Below, in pieces: positions 52,799 through 64,000 of a stretch of 64,000 nucleotides of DNA (position 1 is the stretch's first letter; the number at the start of each line of letters is the position of its first letter). Under the pieces are notes generated by a model. That model was not told where the DNA came from, made no database searches, and was given only the letters and a program-made list of their open reading frames with translations. The position numbers and the translations under genes were made by a program. Location: contig NW_026852372.1 in assembly GCF_026571515.1 (NCBI RefSeq), positions 62,001-126,000 of the forward strand, written 5' to 3'. Source of the stretch: Ruditapes philippinarum (taxonomy: Eukaryota).

Positions 52799-53993
52799 TT
52801 AAAGTCCATTTTCTAGAGCCTCTTTCACATAATCACGTTGGGTGCTATCGTTACATGTCACAAACTGAACCCACGACTCAACAAGATCTTTGACTGGTAT
52901 TTTTCCATCCACAGGGTGGTAGCTCTCAAAATACGTTTTCTCGAGTGTAATATCGTCATGATGAAACGCTTTCAGACCATTGATGAATTCCTCACACGTG
53001 ATCATATTTTCGTGAAGTAAATCAAAACTACCAAACAAAGTTTTGTAACAAGTTTCCATCTTTTTTATAAATGCATCCTTATCAACCCTGTAGGATTGAA
53101 CGTGAGCCTCAACAAATTCCTTCTCGGTGATTGGACCGTCTTTGCCTTGAAATACAGCAGCATCCCAGAATGCCTCCAGATCTTTTATCACTTTTTTCTT
53201 CTCCTCTGCGTTTTCTATATGATTCAGCTTGGCAAACAGTTGTCTGTAAAATATAAAGAAAAATAAATCGGGGTCAAAGACAGAAATGGCCGGGTTGCAT
53301 TTATATACCAAATATCATCAGACTGTGATGTAATGAAAATTTTCTCCCATTCACCATTAATGTTGAAAATTTGTCAAAATTTAATTAAGTCGGTAAACAG
53401 GAAGTGGATAAGCGACAGACCTGAAATCTAATACATGTACCACTGTATGGGACTAAGTGTTAATTCTGTACACCAAATATCAATGTGATAGAAAACTGTT
53501 ACGAAATTTTCCTACCATTCACCATTAATGTTGAAAATTTAACTAAGTCAGTAAACAGGACATTGGATGAGCGACAGACCTGAAATCTAATCCCACGGTA
53601 TGGGACCATGTGTTAATGCTGTATAACAAATATCATGAGGCTGTGATAAGTAGTTGCTGAGAAAACTGTTACGAAATTTTCTTACCATTCATTATTAATG
53701 TTGAAAATTTAACTAAGTCGGTAAACAGGACGTTGGATGAGCGACAGACCTGAAATCTAATCCCACGGTATGGGACCATGACATGTGTTAATGCTGTATC
53801 CAAATACCAGAAATCAGCCACCACAGAGTATAAAAACCCGGTGGATGAAAAACCCTTGTGCAACAATTTATTCGCGGAGTACAAATAAAATAAAATGACC
53901 ATGCCTATCTAGGCCTGAAAAATGCTACTAAGGGCTAAAAAAAAATTGATGTGTTTCTGGTGGCGAGGCGAAAAAGAGTAGGGTCGGTAGGTC

Positions 53994-54028
<35 letters not shown>

Positions 54029-56767
54029 TCAATCAACGATTGTAGATATGTCAGATACGGATTATATGTACTTTAAATCATATTCTACAGCATATAAAAG
54101 TACTTAAAATGTTAGACTACCAAACCTAGTCTTCAATATTTTATTTTGAAATAAATTTTACCAATGGCATGACTCGACTTTCGTTTTCATTTTTTTTATT
54201 CTTACCGAACAACTGGCTTCAATTTTAATATTATCACTCTTAACATGACCATGCACGTCCGAAATATGTTTTGAGCTGTTTTGCTGTGGTCTATTAATTT
54301 GATTTCCTGTTTTGCCAAACTATGATCGTGTTTTTAAAGAAAATCGCCAGCAGTGACACTTCGGCTGCTTGTTGTGCCGCCATATTAGCCGGTGCGCGTT
54401 AATACGTAATTGGAACCCGAATCGTCTGTGCCTCACATCGTCGACTCGCAATACTAAAACCCGTCTTCGGTACGGTCGGTACGGGCGCCATTTTTTTTTT
54501 TGTACATCGTTAAAAAAATTTGGGTCGGCGCTAAAAAATAGGGTCGGTCGGGCCACCGGAAACACAACATTTTTTTTTAGGCCTAAACAGTAAGCGAGTT
54601 TTTTTTAAAAGAAAGATGCAGATGATGTATAAAGTTTTTATAAAACTGTAAGTAGGCCTATAATCACTTGATATGTTTCCTTTATATTCGTCCCTTTAAT
54701 AACTTAACTTCCGGTTAAACAATAAGTCGTCAAATTTGATTTTAAAGATTCAGCGTGTTTTTTTTGGTCAAAATACAAGGATAAACTAAACAAAGCCACC
54801 GCCGTGCGGGGGCAACGCTCGACGTTTTTACTTTTTTTAAAAGCAAACACTTAAATGGTTTAAACAAATCTTTAAAAAAGAAAGTTTTTTTTTTTTAGAT
54901 TTTAATAGGTCTGTTTAGTCACACTTCTTGTTTTTTCTAATTATGAATCCTTTCCATAAAAAATAACAAAGTTAAGAAAATATCAGCATAATTTAATCAT
55001 TTGACGGTCTACGTCATTTAGAGGTCAATGTCTTAACTTAATTATTCAACAGGTTTGTTTTGTTTTAAGTGTTATTTTGGCTATATATTAATCAAATCCG
55101 TACATAAAATTTATGATATTTAATAACAAAATATTACGACAAATTAACGGTCAATGTCATTTAAAGCTCAAGGGTAAAGTCAGTTTAACCTTTTAGAAGG
55201 ACTTGTCGAAAAGGTTGTTTTGTTAAGTATGAACATAATTCATTCATTAATAATAACCAAGTTACTGCCATTTGAAGCAATAATCAGTGAAAATAATAAT
55301 ACATGAGACAAGGTCACTTAGTCAAATGGGTTGAAAATCCCAAAAGCCAGGTCAAAAGACCTGGATATTCATCTTATTATCATAAAATAATTGTATAATA
55401 TCCCATTTAAAACTAGTTCTAGCGTGCTCAAATTTGGAAACGGAAGTAGGAAGAGCTTTAAACATTCAATCATTAAAAATTTACGAAGTAAAGACAAGCG
55501 AGGTTTAAAGCACGCGTAAAATGGCTGCGAATGTGGTCAGCTGTGTACTGCAATGACTGCATACATTTAGAAGAGCCAGATAAAATGCTAGCTTGACGAA
55601 TCTCTGCTTAGATCTGCATAGTTATTGAAATTAAAGTGACAGCGTTACTACATGAGAATTTCATTAGGTCCGTACTAGTATAACTCGTTTTATACTGTGA
55701 CAGGATGGGTACGCTTAAGTCAATGTCAAGAATCAGATGTATGTATGTATGTAGTATAAGTTTAATCCATATGTTAGGTAAGGCACACAAAGCAGCTTTC
55801 GCTGTCGAGCACTAATCCCGGATATGTCACCAATCATGCCCTAAAAGGTTTAATTTTGAAGCACAAAGCGGTGCATATTTTTCCCCTATGCAATTTCCAC
55901 GGAGAATTAATTTTGAGCCATAAGTAGGTCACTGTACGGCGGTCAATGAGAACCTAAATGTACAGTAACATATGACAATAATGAAAGGAGATAGCCCTTA
56001 AAAGGGCTGTTGGTTCCAAGCAAAGGGCATTCACAAAGTATACTAAAAGCATCAGACACGTTACCAAATCTAACCAAAATAAAAAGGCACACAATCATGT
56101 GACCTCGCTTTTCTACATAGAAAGCGGCTATCAGCCAGAAGTATGTCCGCACAACACTATCCAAATCGTCTCGAAAGAAGAAATACAAAGCTTCAAAAGA
56201 AATATACGCATACATTTAAGTTTTTTTTCCAAAGCGAACTTGTTTCCTAGTTATACTAAAAGTAAACAATAGGATAGATTGAAAAATTCAGATGTTTTAT
56301 AACAATGCAATGCCATGTTTAGCTCAAGACGTTTTGTCCAAATTTAAAACTGTTTCCCTTGAGGTTTTAGCAAAAATCTCAGTAAACTACAGACAGTTGC
56401 AAAGTCTATTATTTGTATAAGGAAATAAGAAATCATTGTCTTTCTATCTAAAGAAAATGTAAAAAAAATGTTTTGCAAGAAAGAAAGAAATTTAATGTAA
56501 CATTCCGCAGTAAATCATTCGGCTTATTCAAAATCCGTCAAGACTCGGCTGCTTTGCATTTGAGATAATTTTACTATCCAGCAATTAAATATTGACTATG
56601 TTCTAGAGCTAATGAAGGTATTAAAATGAAATGTAAGACGAAAAAGAAGAAAAAAATATAATATACTCTTCTTCTCGTGCGTCCTCTTTGTAAACTTTGC
56701 CGTTGCCCCTTGAGTCAAACATTCCGAACCAGAGCTTCCACTTGTAAATCAAGTAATCATTTGCCAT
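52799..56767 (-). CDS. Sarcoplasmic calcium-binding protein (SCP/calexcitin-type EF-hand)-like, 2 coding exons, 181 aa
   Basis: Exons 56767-56667 (MANDYLIYKWKLWFGMFDSRGNGKVYKEDAREEE) and 53243-52799 (QLFAKLNH...GKDGPITEKEF...FDLLHENMITCEEF...DGKIPVKDLVESWVQFVT...ENGL*), joined by a phase-2 GT-AG intron. Size and helix-loop-helix spacing fit invertebrate SCPs. An acceptor at 56787-56789 implies an upstream UTR exon. Confidence 0.88.
53335..53810. repeat. Three tandem ~170-bp units in the SCP intron
   Basis: aaatttt..ccattcaccattaatgttgaaaattt..aagtcggtaaacagga..gcgacagacctgaaatctaat at ~53336, ~53504 and ~53674. Confidence 0.85.
53932..54583. mobile_element. MITE with ~33-bp imperfect TIRs and TAA TSD (PIF/Harbinger- or Zator-like) in the SCP intron
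   Basis: taa|GGGCTAAAAAAAAATTGATGTGTTTCTGGTGGC ... GCCACCGGAAACACAACATTTTTTTTTAGGCC|taa; internal GGGTCGGTCGG motifs. Confidence 0.75.
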
Positions 56768-57129
56768 TTTACAAACAACAGTAGACCTGAAATGTATAAA
56801 AAGTGAGTAAAATGGTACAATCATCATGATTTACTGCATCACCGATGGCGTTCCGACGTGATATTTTTTGTACGGAACTTGTAAGGTGGGTTCTAGCGAT
56901 GATAGTATGGGGCGTGTATAGCGCTATCCAACGGTCATTTTAAATGTGCGTTCAAACAATGTTATTAAATGTACGGTACGTGTACCGTGCGTTACAGATG
57001 ATGATTTTAGATGTACAGTACGTGTTCCGTGCGTTCGAACGATGATATTAAATATACGGTACGTGTAACGTGCGTTCCGATGATGCTTTTTAATGAACAG
57101 TACGTGTACCGTGCGTTCCGATGATGTCA

Positions 57130-57450
57130 CATACCCGTGCCGCTTTTACGAATCCATAAAAATGGTATTGCACGGCCGTGCATATATCTGACGTGACGTC
57201 ATTTTCGTTTAATAAACATAGCGTCAAGACGCGCTAAATATTAGCGTTATATTATAGGTGCGTCAATGAAAAAACTGGTTCTTTTTTACTTCAAACGGTC
57301 TTTGGTTTCGGTATATTAAATTCGTGTTCGTTTAATGCTACATTTATTGAACTCGTTCAATAAAATAATATAATGCTCGCCAGATGATATAATTTTATTC
57401 AACTCGTTCAATAAATTCATTATTAAACTTACACTCATTCATTATCCTCT
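57130..57450 (+). repeat. Interspersed repeat lying between the degenerate and main parts of the 41-bp array
   Basis: Homologous to 38188-38530. Confidence 0.8.
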
Positions 57451-57596
57451 TGCATGTCAGACAGGATTATCTACCTTTTACACTGGTGCTAGAAAACACT
57501 GTCTTACACCACCATGCAGAACCTCGTTACCGCCGTAAACAGTCACCGTCGAGCTAGATATTCCGGTCTGTACCGGCAGCCAGTGTAAGATTCATA

Positions 57597-60500
57597 TAGT
57601 ACAGTACGTGTACCGTGCTCCGATGATTTTATTAAATGTACGGTACGTATGTCCTGAGTTCTGATGATGTTATTAAATGTGCGTAACGTGTACTCTGGGT
57701 TCTGATGATGTTATTAAATGTACGCTACGTGTACCCTGGGTTCTGATGATGTTATTAAATGTACGCTACATGTACCCTGGGTTCTGATGATGTTATTAAA
57801 TGTACGCTACGTGTACCCTGGGTTCTGATGATGTTATTAAATGTACGCTACGTGTACCCTGGGTTCTGATGGTGTTATTAAATGTACGCTACATGTACCC
57901 TGGGTTCTGATGATGTTATTAAATGTACGCTACATGTACCCTGAGTTCTGATGATGTTATTAAATGTACGCTACATGTACCCTTGGTTCTGATGATGTTA
58001 TTAAATGTGCGTAACGTGTACTCTGGTTCTGATGATTTTATTAAATGTACGCTACGTGTACCCTGGGTTCTCATGGTGTTATTAAATGTACGCTACGTGT
58101 ACCCTGGGTTCTGATGGTGTTATTTAATGTACGCTACATGTACCCTGAGTTCTGATGATGTTATTAAATGTACGCTACGTGTACCGTGGGTTCTGATGAT
58201 GTTATTAGATGTACGGTACGTATGTCCTGAGTTCTGATGATGTTATTAAATGTACGCTACGTGTACCGTGGGTTCTGATGATGTTATTAAATGTACGCTA
58301 CGTGTACCGTGGGTTCTGATGATGTTATAAAATGTACGCTACGTGTACCCTGGGTTCTCATAGTGTTATTAAATGTACGCTACATGTACCCTGGGTTCTG
58401 ATGATGTTATTAAATGTACGCTACATGTACCCTGAGTTCTGATGATGTTATTAAATGTACGCTACATGTACCCTGGGTTCTGATGATGTTATAAAATGTA
58501 CGCTACGTGTACCCTGGGTTCTGATGATGTTATTAAATGTACGCTACGTGTACTCTGGGTTCTGATGATGTTATTAGATGTACGGTACGTATGTCCTGAG
58601 TTTCTGATGATGTTATTAAATGTACGCTACGTGTACCCGGGTTCTGATGATGTTATTAAATGTACGCTACATGTACCCTGGGTTCTGATGATGTTATTAA
58701 ATGTACGCTACGTGTACCGTGGGTTCTGATGATGTTATTAGATGTACGGTACGTATGTCCTGAGTTCTGATGATGTTTTATTAAATGTACGCTAACGTGT
58801 ACGCCGTGGTATCTAGCGTTCTGTTCATGATGATTTATAAAATGTACGCCTACGTGTACCCTGGTTCTCATGGTGTTATTAGATGTACGCTACATGTACC
58901 CTGGGTTCTGATGATGTTATTAAATGTACGCTACATGTACCCCTGAGTTCTGATGATGTTTTAAATGTACGCTACATGTACCCTGGGTTCTGATGATGTT
59001 ATTAAATGTACGCTACGTGTACCGTGGGTTCTGATGATGTTATTAGATGTACGGTACGTATGTCCTGAGTTCTGATGATGTTATTAAATGTAACGCTACG
59101 TGTACCCTGGGTTCTGATGATTGTTATAAAATGTACGCTACGTGTACCCTGGGTTCTGATGGTGTTATTAAATGTACGCTACATGTACCCTGGGTTCTGA
59201 TGATGTTATTAAATGTACGCTACATGTACCCTGAGTTCTGATGATGTTATTAAATGTACGCTACATGTACCCTGGGTTCTGATGAATGTTTATAAAATGT
59301 ACGCTACGTGTACCCTGGGTTCTGATGATGTTATTAAATGTACGCTACGTGTACCCTGGGTTCTGATGATGTTATTAAATGTACGCTACGTGTACCCTGG
59401 GTTCTGATGGTGTTATTAAATGTACGCTACATGTACCCTGGGTTCTGATGATGTTATTAAATGTACGCTACATGTACCCTGAGTTCTGATGATGTTTTAA
59501 ATGTACGCTACATGTACCCTGGGTTCTGATGATGTTGATTAAATGTACGCTACGTGTACCCTGGGTTCTGATGATGTTATTAGATGTACGGTACGTATGT
59601 CCTGAGTTCTGATGAATGTTATTAAATGTACCTACTACGTGTACCGTGGGTTCTGATGATGTTTTAAAAAATGTACCTTACGTGTACCCTGGGTTCTCAT
59701 GGTGTTATTAAATGTACGCTACGTGTACCCTGGGTTCTGATGGTGTATTTTAATGTACGCTACATGTACCCTGAGTTCTGATGATGTTATTAAATGTACG
59801 CTAACGTGTACCGTGGGTTCTGATGATGTTTATTAGATGTACGGTACGTATGTCCTGAGTTCTGATGATGTTATTAAATGTACGCTACGTGTACCGTGGG
59901 TTCTTCATGGTGTTTATTAAATGTACGCTACGTGTACCCTGGGTTCTGATGATGTTATAAAATGTACGCTACGTGTACCCTGGGTTCTCATGGTGGTTAT
60001 TAAATGTACGCTACGTGTACCCTGGGTTCTGATGGTGTTATTAATGTACGCTACGTGTACCCTGGGTTCTGATGATGTTATTAAATGTACGCTACGTGTA
60101 CCCTGGGTTCTGATGATGTTATTAGATGTACGGTACGTATGTCCTGAGTTCTGATGATGTTATTTAAATGTACGCTACGTGTACCGTGGGTTCTGATGAT
60201 GTTATAAAATGTACGCTACGTGTACCCTGGGTTCTCATGGGTGTTATCAAATGTACGCTACGTGTACCCTGGGTTCTGATGGTGTTATTAAATGTACGCT
60301 ACGTGTACCCTTGGTTCTGATGATGTTATTAAATGTACGCTACGTGTACCTGGGTTCTGATGATGTTATTAGATGTACGGTACGTATGTCCTGAGTTCTG
60401 ATGATGTTATTAAATGTACGCTACGTGTACCGTGGGTTCTGATGATGTTATAAAATGTACGCTACGTGTACCCTGGGTTCTGATGATGTTAATAAATGTA

Positions 60501-61200
60501 CGCTACGTGTACTCTGGGATCTGATGATGTTATTAAATGTACGCTACGTGTACTCTGGGTTCTCATGGTGTTTTAAATGTACGCTACGTGTACCCTGGGT
60601 TCTGATGATGTTATTAAATGTACGCTACGTGTACCCTTGGTTCTGATGATGTTATCAAATGTACGCTACGTGTACCCTCCTATGGTTCTGATGATGTTAT
60701 TAAATGTACGCTACGTGTACCCTTGGTTCTGATGATGTTATTAAATGTACGCTACGTGAACCCTGGGTTCTGATGATGTTATAAAATGTACGCCACGTGT
60801 ACTCTGGGTTCTCATGGTGTTATTAAAATGTACGCTACGTGTACCCTGGGTTCTGATGATGTTATTGAAATGTACGCTACGTGTATCTGGGTTCTCATAG
60901 TGTTATTAAATGTACGCTACGTGTACCCTGGGTTCTGATGGTGTTATTAAATGTACGCTACGAGTACCCTGGGTTCTGATGATGTTATAAAATGTACGCC
61001 ACGTGTACCTTGGGTTCTGATTATGTTATTAAATGTACGCTACGTGTATGATGGTATTAAATGTGCACTACGTGTACCCTGGGTTCTGATGATGTTATTA
61101 AATGTTCGCTTCGTGCACCCTGGGTTCTGATGATGTTATTAAATGTACGGTTACTACGTTACGCATATTTTTCGTTTAGACGATTGTTAAATGTGTGGGT
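57597..61200. repeat. 41-bp minisatellite/satellite array, ~3.5 kb, roughly 85 units
   Basis: Consensus TTCTGATGATGTTATTAAATGTACGCTACGTGTACCCTGGG; degenerate at both ends; more diverged units at ~56940-57126. Confidence 0.97.
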
Positions 61201-64000
61201 TCCGATGATGTTACTAATGCATGAAATGTGTACCGTACGTTTCGACGATCAATATGAATTAAACGGCTAGATGCTACTTTAGTTAAATAGACTAGATAAA
61301 TATGTCACTGGTTTTGTACTTAATAATTGCCAGTACATTAGATCTGTCAGGTCCGATGGTCAGGCTACGTGTTATACAGGGGTCGACACGGTATTAATAG
61401 CGGTGCGAAATAATCCCCGTTATTCGATAGCGCAGGTGAATTCATCGCGATATCGAGGCAGCGCCTTTGCGCGGACGGTGAGCGAAACGTAAAGTGGATT
61501 TGAGCATTGTATTTTTGCAAATATTTGTCTATCCACTCTTTGTAATTTGTGAAGAATTAAGCAGTGTGGTGCATGCTGGATAGAAATTATAATTGTGCAT
61601 GATTGTCAAAATAAAATTACTAAATTTTATAGAATTGAGGAAGTTATTGAGGTTTTGTGCTGCAATTCAAGCCGTCACATGATATGCACATGCAAATACG
61701 AATAATTGTATAGTCGTTTTAAAACGAGATATTCGATTAGTTTAAGTCCCAACATGTTTATTTTGAAAAAACAAAGACGATATACAAAATAGTAAGTTTT
61801 TCATCTATATCTATCTGAAAATATATAAGGTATTTTCCAGTTTTCTCTTCCATTACTGTACGCCTAATATTTTGGTCGATAAACCAACTATACGCACAAA
61901 TGTTGGTATGTTTTTTATGTAGCAACTTCCTCATTACAGTACATTCATAATTCAAATTTTGATGAAATATTCAGGTTTTGATTTTGTATGTTAATCATAA
62001 TGACAACCACAGTGTCAATTAAACAACAGTGTGCAATTAATGTATTATAGCTATGCATATAGTTAATTTAAATATTCTTTTCTCACAAAGGTTAATCATT
62101 AAAATGAGTAAGTAATGCACAGAAATTTGCAAATTCTCATCAGTAATCAAAAGTCACGATATTATACGTTTTGTTTCTTCCATATTTTTTTTGGCAATGG
62201 AACTTGAAAATTTTAAAAAAAAAGATACGGTTTGAATTTCCTCTAATGGATTGGATGTTATATATTATATACTGAGCACATCATTGTACTTCAGATTTTG
62301 ATGTTTGTCATTAGCCTTTCGCTTTAATATATAAGCTATAACTATTCATAACCGTGTAACAAAACAGATTTGTGTATTTGCTTATGAAAAGATTCATACT
62401 TTAGTGCATTTAAACATATCTGGCCAGTAGTTTTTAACTCTTTAAAAACTAGGCTTTTCTCTGCAACATTTAATGTATAGCATTCTCCCTCACGATTTTG
62501 TAAATATCCATTTCCACAGGGAGTAACTCTTATTGTTAAATGCAGTGTACCAAGAGATTTATACTGTGACATGGGCCAACAACAACTGTTTATCAGTATA
62601 TAAATTCATGACAAGTATTTTAATTAATGTAAATAGAAAATATTATAAGAGAATTACAGTATCCTCGTTCGGCGAAATAAAAATAAATAGACCAAACGCG
62701 TTTGTGGAGTAACCAGTAAAATATACATCCTCAAAGATACTGTTTCCCTCGGCTAACATTGGGTCTAACAGTGTTTCTCCTTGTGGATGATATTGTTAAC
62801 TGTAACCACAACCCATGTATTTCATTTAATACTACTATTCATAAGCGTGCGATCAAATCTAATATTGAATTAACCAAAAGCTTTGTTTTTCATTTGCAGC
62901 ATGTGGTCAGCATCACACACACACACACCTATATGGCAGTAACTTTTGTTTGTTTAATCAATTTGTTTTAATTGCCTGCGAATTTACATACGTGTAATTG
63001 CCCGATGTGAGGCATCTAGCTAGCTTTCTAATACGAAAGCACTGAAGCTGTGGTGTCCATGACTTGACTGAATTTGAAAAATTGTAGTATTTGTGTTTTT
63101 TTCACCGACAGGTCACAATTCATGTGCACTACAAAATTAGCCTGTTAAAAAAACCTAACATTTTTTTTTAGAAAAGGTAATGTTACACCCTAAGTTTTAA
63201 CCAACACCTGGTTCTCAGTTATACATAAAATCTGTAAGGAAAGAGAGATTTAGAATTTCCCGGAAGCGGGCAAATATATGGATAGATTATCTTTTACTAC
63301 AAATCATAGGAAAACATGTACAGCAGATGGATATGATAAAAATCTCGAACCTTTAACAGCGTACAGTTATTCTAATCACACCAACATTCAGCGTACACTT
63401 AAATATTTTTAACCAGTAAGCTCGTCTATGTATATGGATCACAGAGGTACTTCTAATGCAATCAAGTAATGATTACTCTTATAGAACAGAGAAAAGAAAT
63501 TAACTATATTAACTAACTGCATTATAGCGTTTATTCACCGATCTTAAATTAGTTTGCCGAGTCATTTCCTTCAGAATAACTTTTTTAGTTAGAATTGAAG
63601 CCTCTGTATATTTTGTACAGAAAAATGTCTCTGACGTGTTTACGACGGGTCAACTGACCGCCATTTAGGGCGTATCGCTGAAATCACCTCGCTTAAAGGC
63701 GTATCGAATGCTAATATGCGTTGACCCTCACTGATATATAACGCAGCTTTAATTAAAATATTAATTGCAGATTACATCATTTCTAGGGGGGGGGGGGGGG
63801 AGGGGCGAGGAATGCGACTAAATAAAAGATACACAAAAACGCATAAAAATACTAAAATGAATATATTTATCTTAATTTCCTTGTTCAAATGTAAATGTTG
63901 ATATCTTAACCTAATCAGGTCAGCATTTCGCGTATGAACACCGTGAGTTTGGAGTTTATATAAACAACAATAGATAAACAGTGACATAAGAAGGGAAAGA

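Noticed and set aside
52799-56767. Aequorin-type photoprotein
   Set aside because: It shares only the general four-EF-hand fold. The canonical Ca-binding loops needed for triggering are not evident, so SCP-like is the more conservative call.
57597-61200. CRISPR-like array, or repeat-protein ORFs (MYATCTLGSDDVIK...)
   Set aside because: Units are contiguous with no unique spacers and there are no cas genes in this eukaryotic context. The ORFs are frame-rotating translations of a 41-bp satellite.

Overview
AT-rich, intron-rich eukaryotic DNA. The repeat families and gene content suggest a bivalve mollusc (inference). There are three assembly gaps. Three spliced protein-coding genes can be rebuilt by hand with GT-AG boundaries and consistent phases. 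(1) SUGCT, a mitochondrial family III CoA-transferase: + strand, 14 coding exons, 5649-22136, 437 aa. (2) Tail-to-tail with it, a 7-exon minus-strand gene (35508-25213, 320 aa) encoding a secreted protein that looks like a TGF-beta superfamily prodomain but stops before any cystine-knot ligand; an in-frame RRKR furin-type motif lies just past its stop codon. This is the most interesting item in the window. (3) A 2-exon minus-strand sarcoplasmic calcium-binding-protein-like gene (56767-52799, 181 aa) with degenerate EF-hand loops. A possible fourth gene leaves the window at the left edge. The rest is a decayed mariner element, four palindromic MITE copies, Helentron-type non-autonomous elements, tRNA-derived SINEs and several minisatellites, including a ~3.5 kb 41-bp array. 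There are no CRISPR arrays or prokaryotic features. Most ORFs in the supplied track are spurious. All family assignments come from motif recognition, not database searches.
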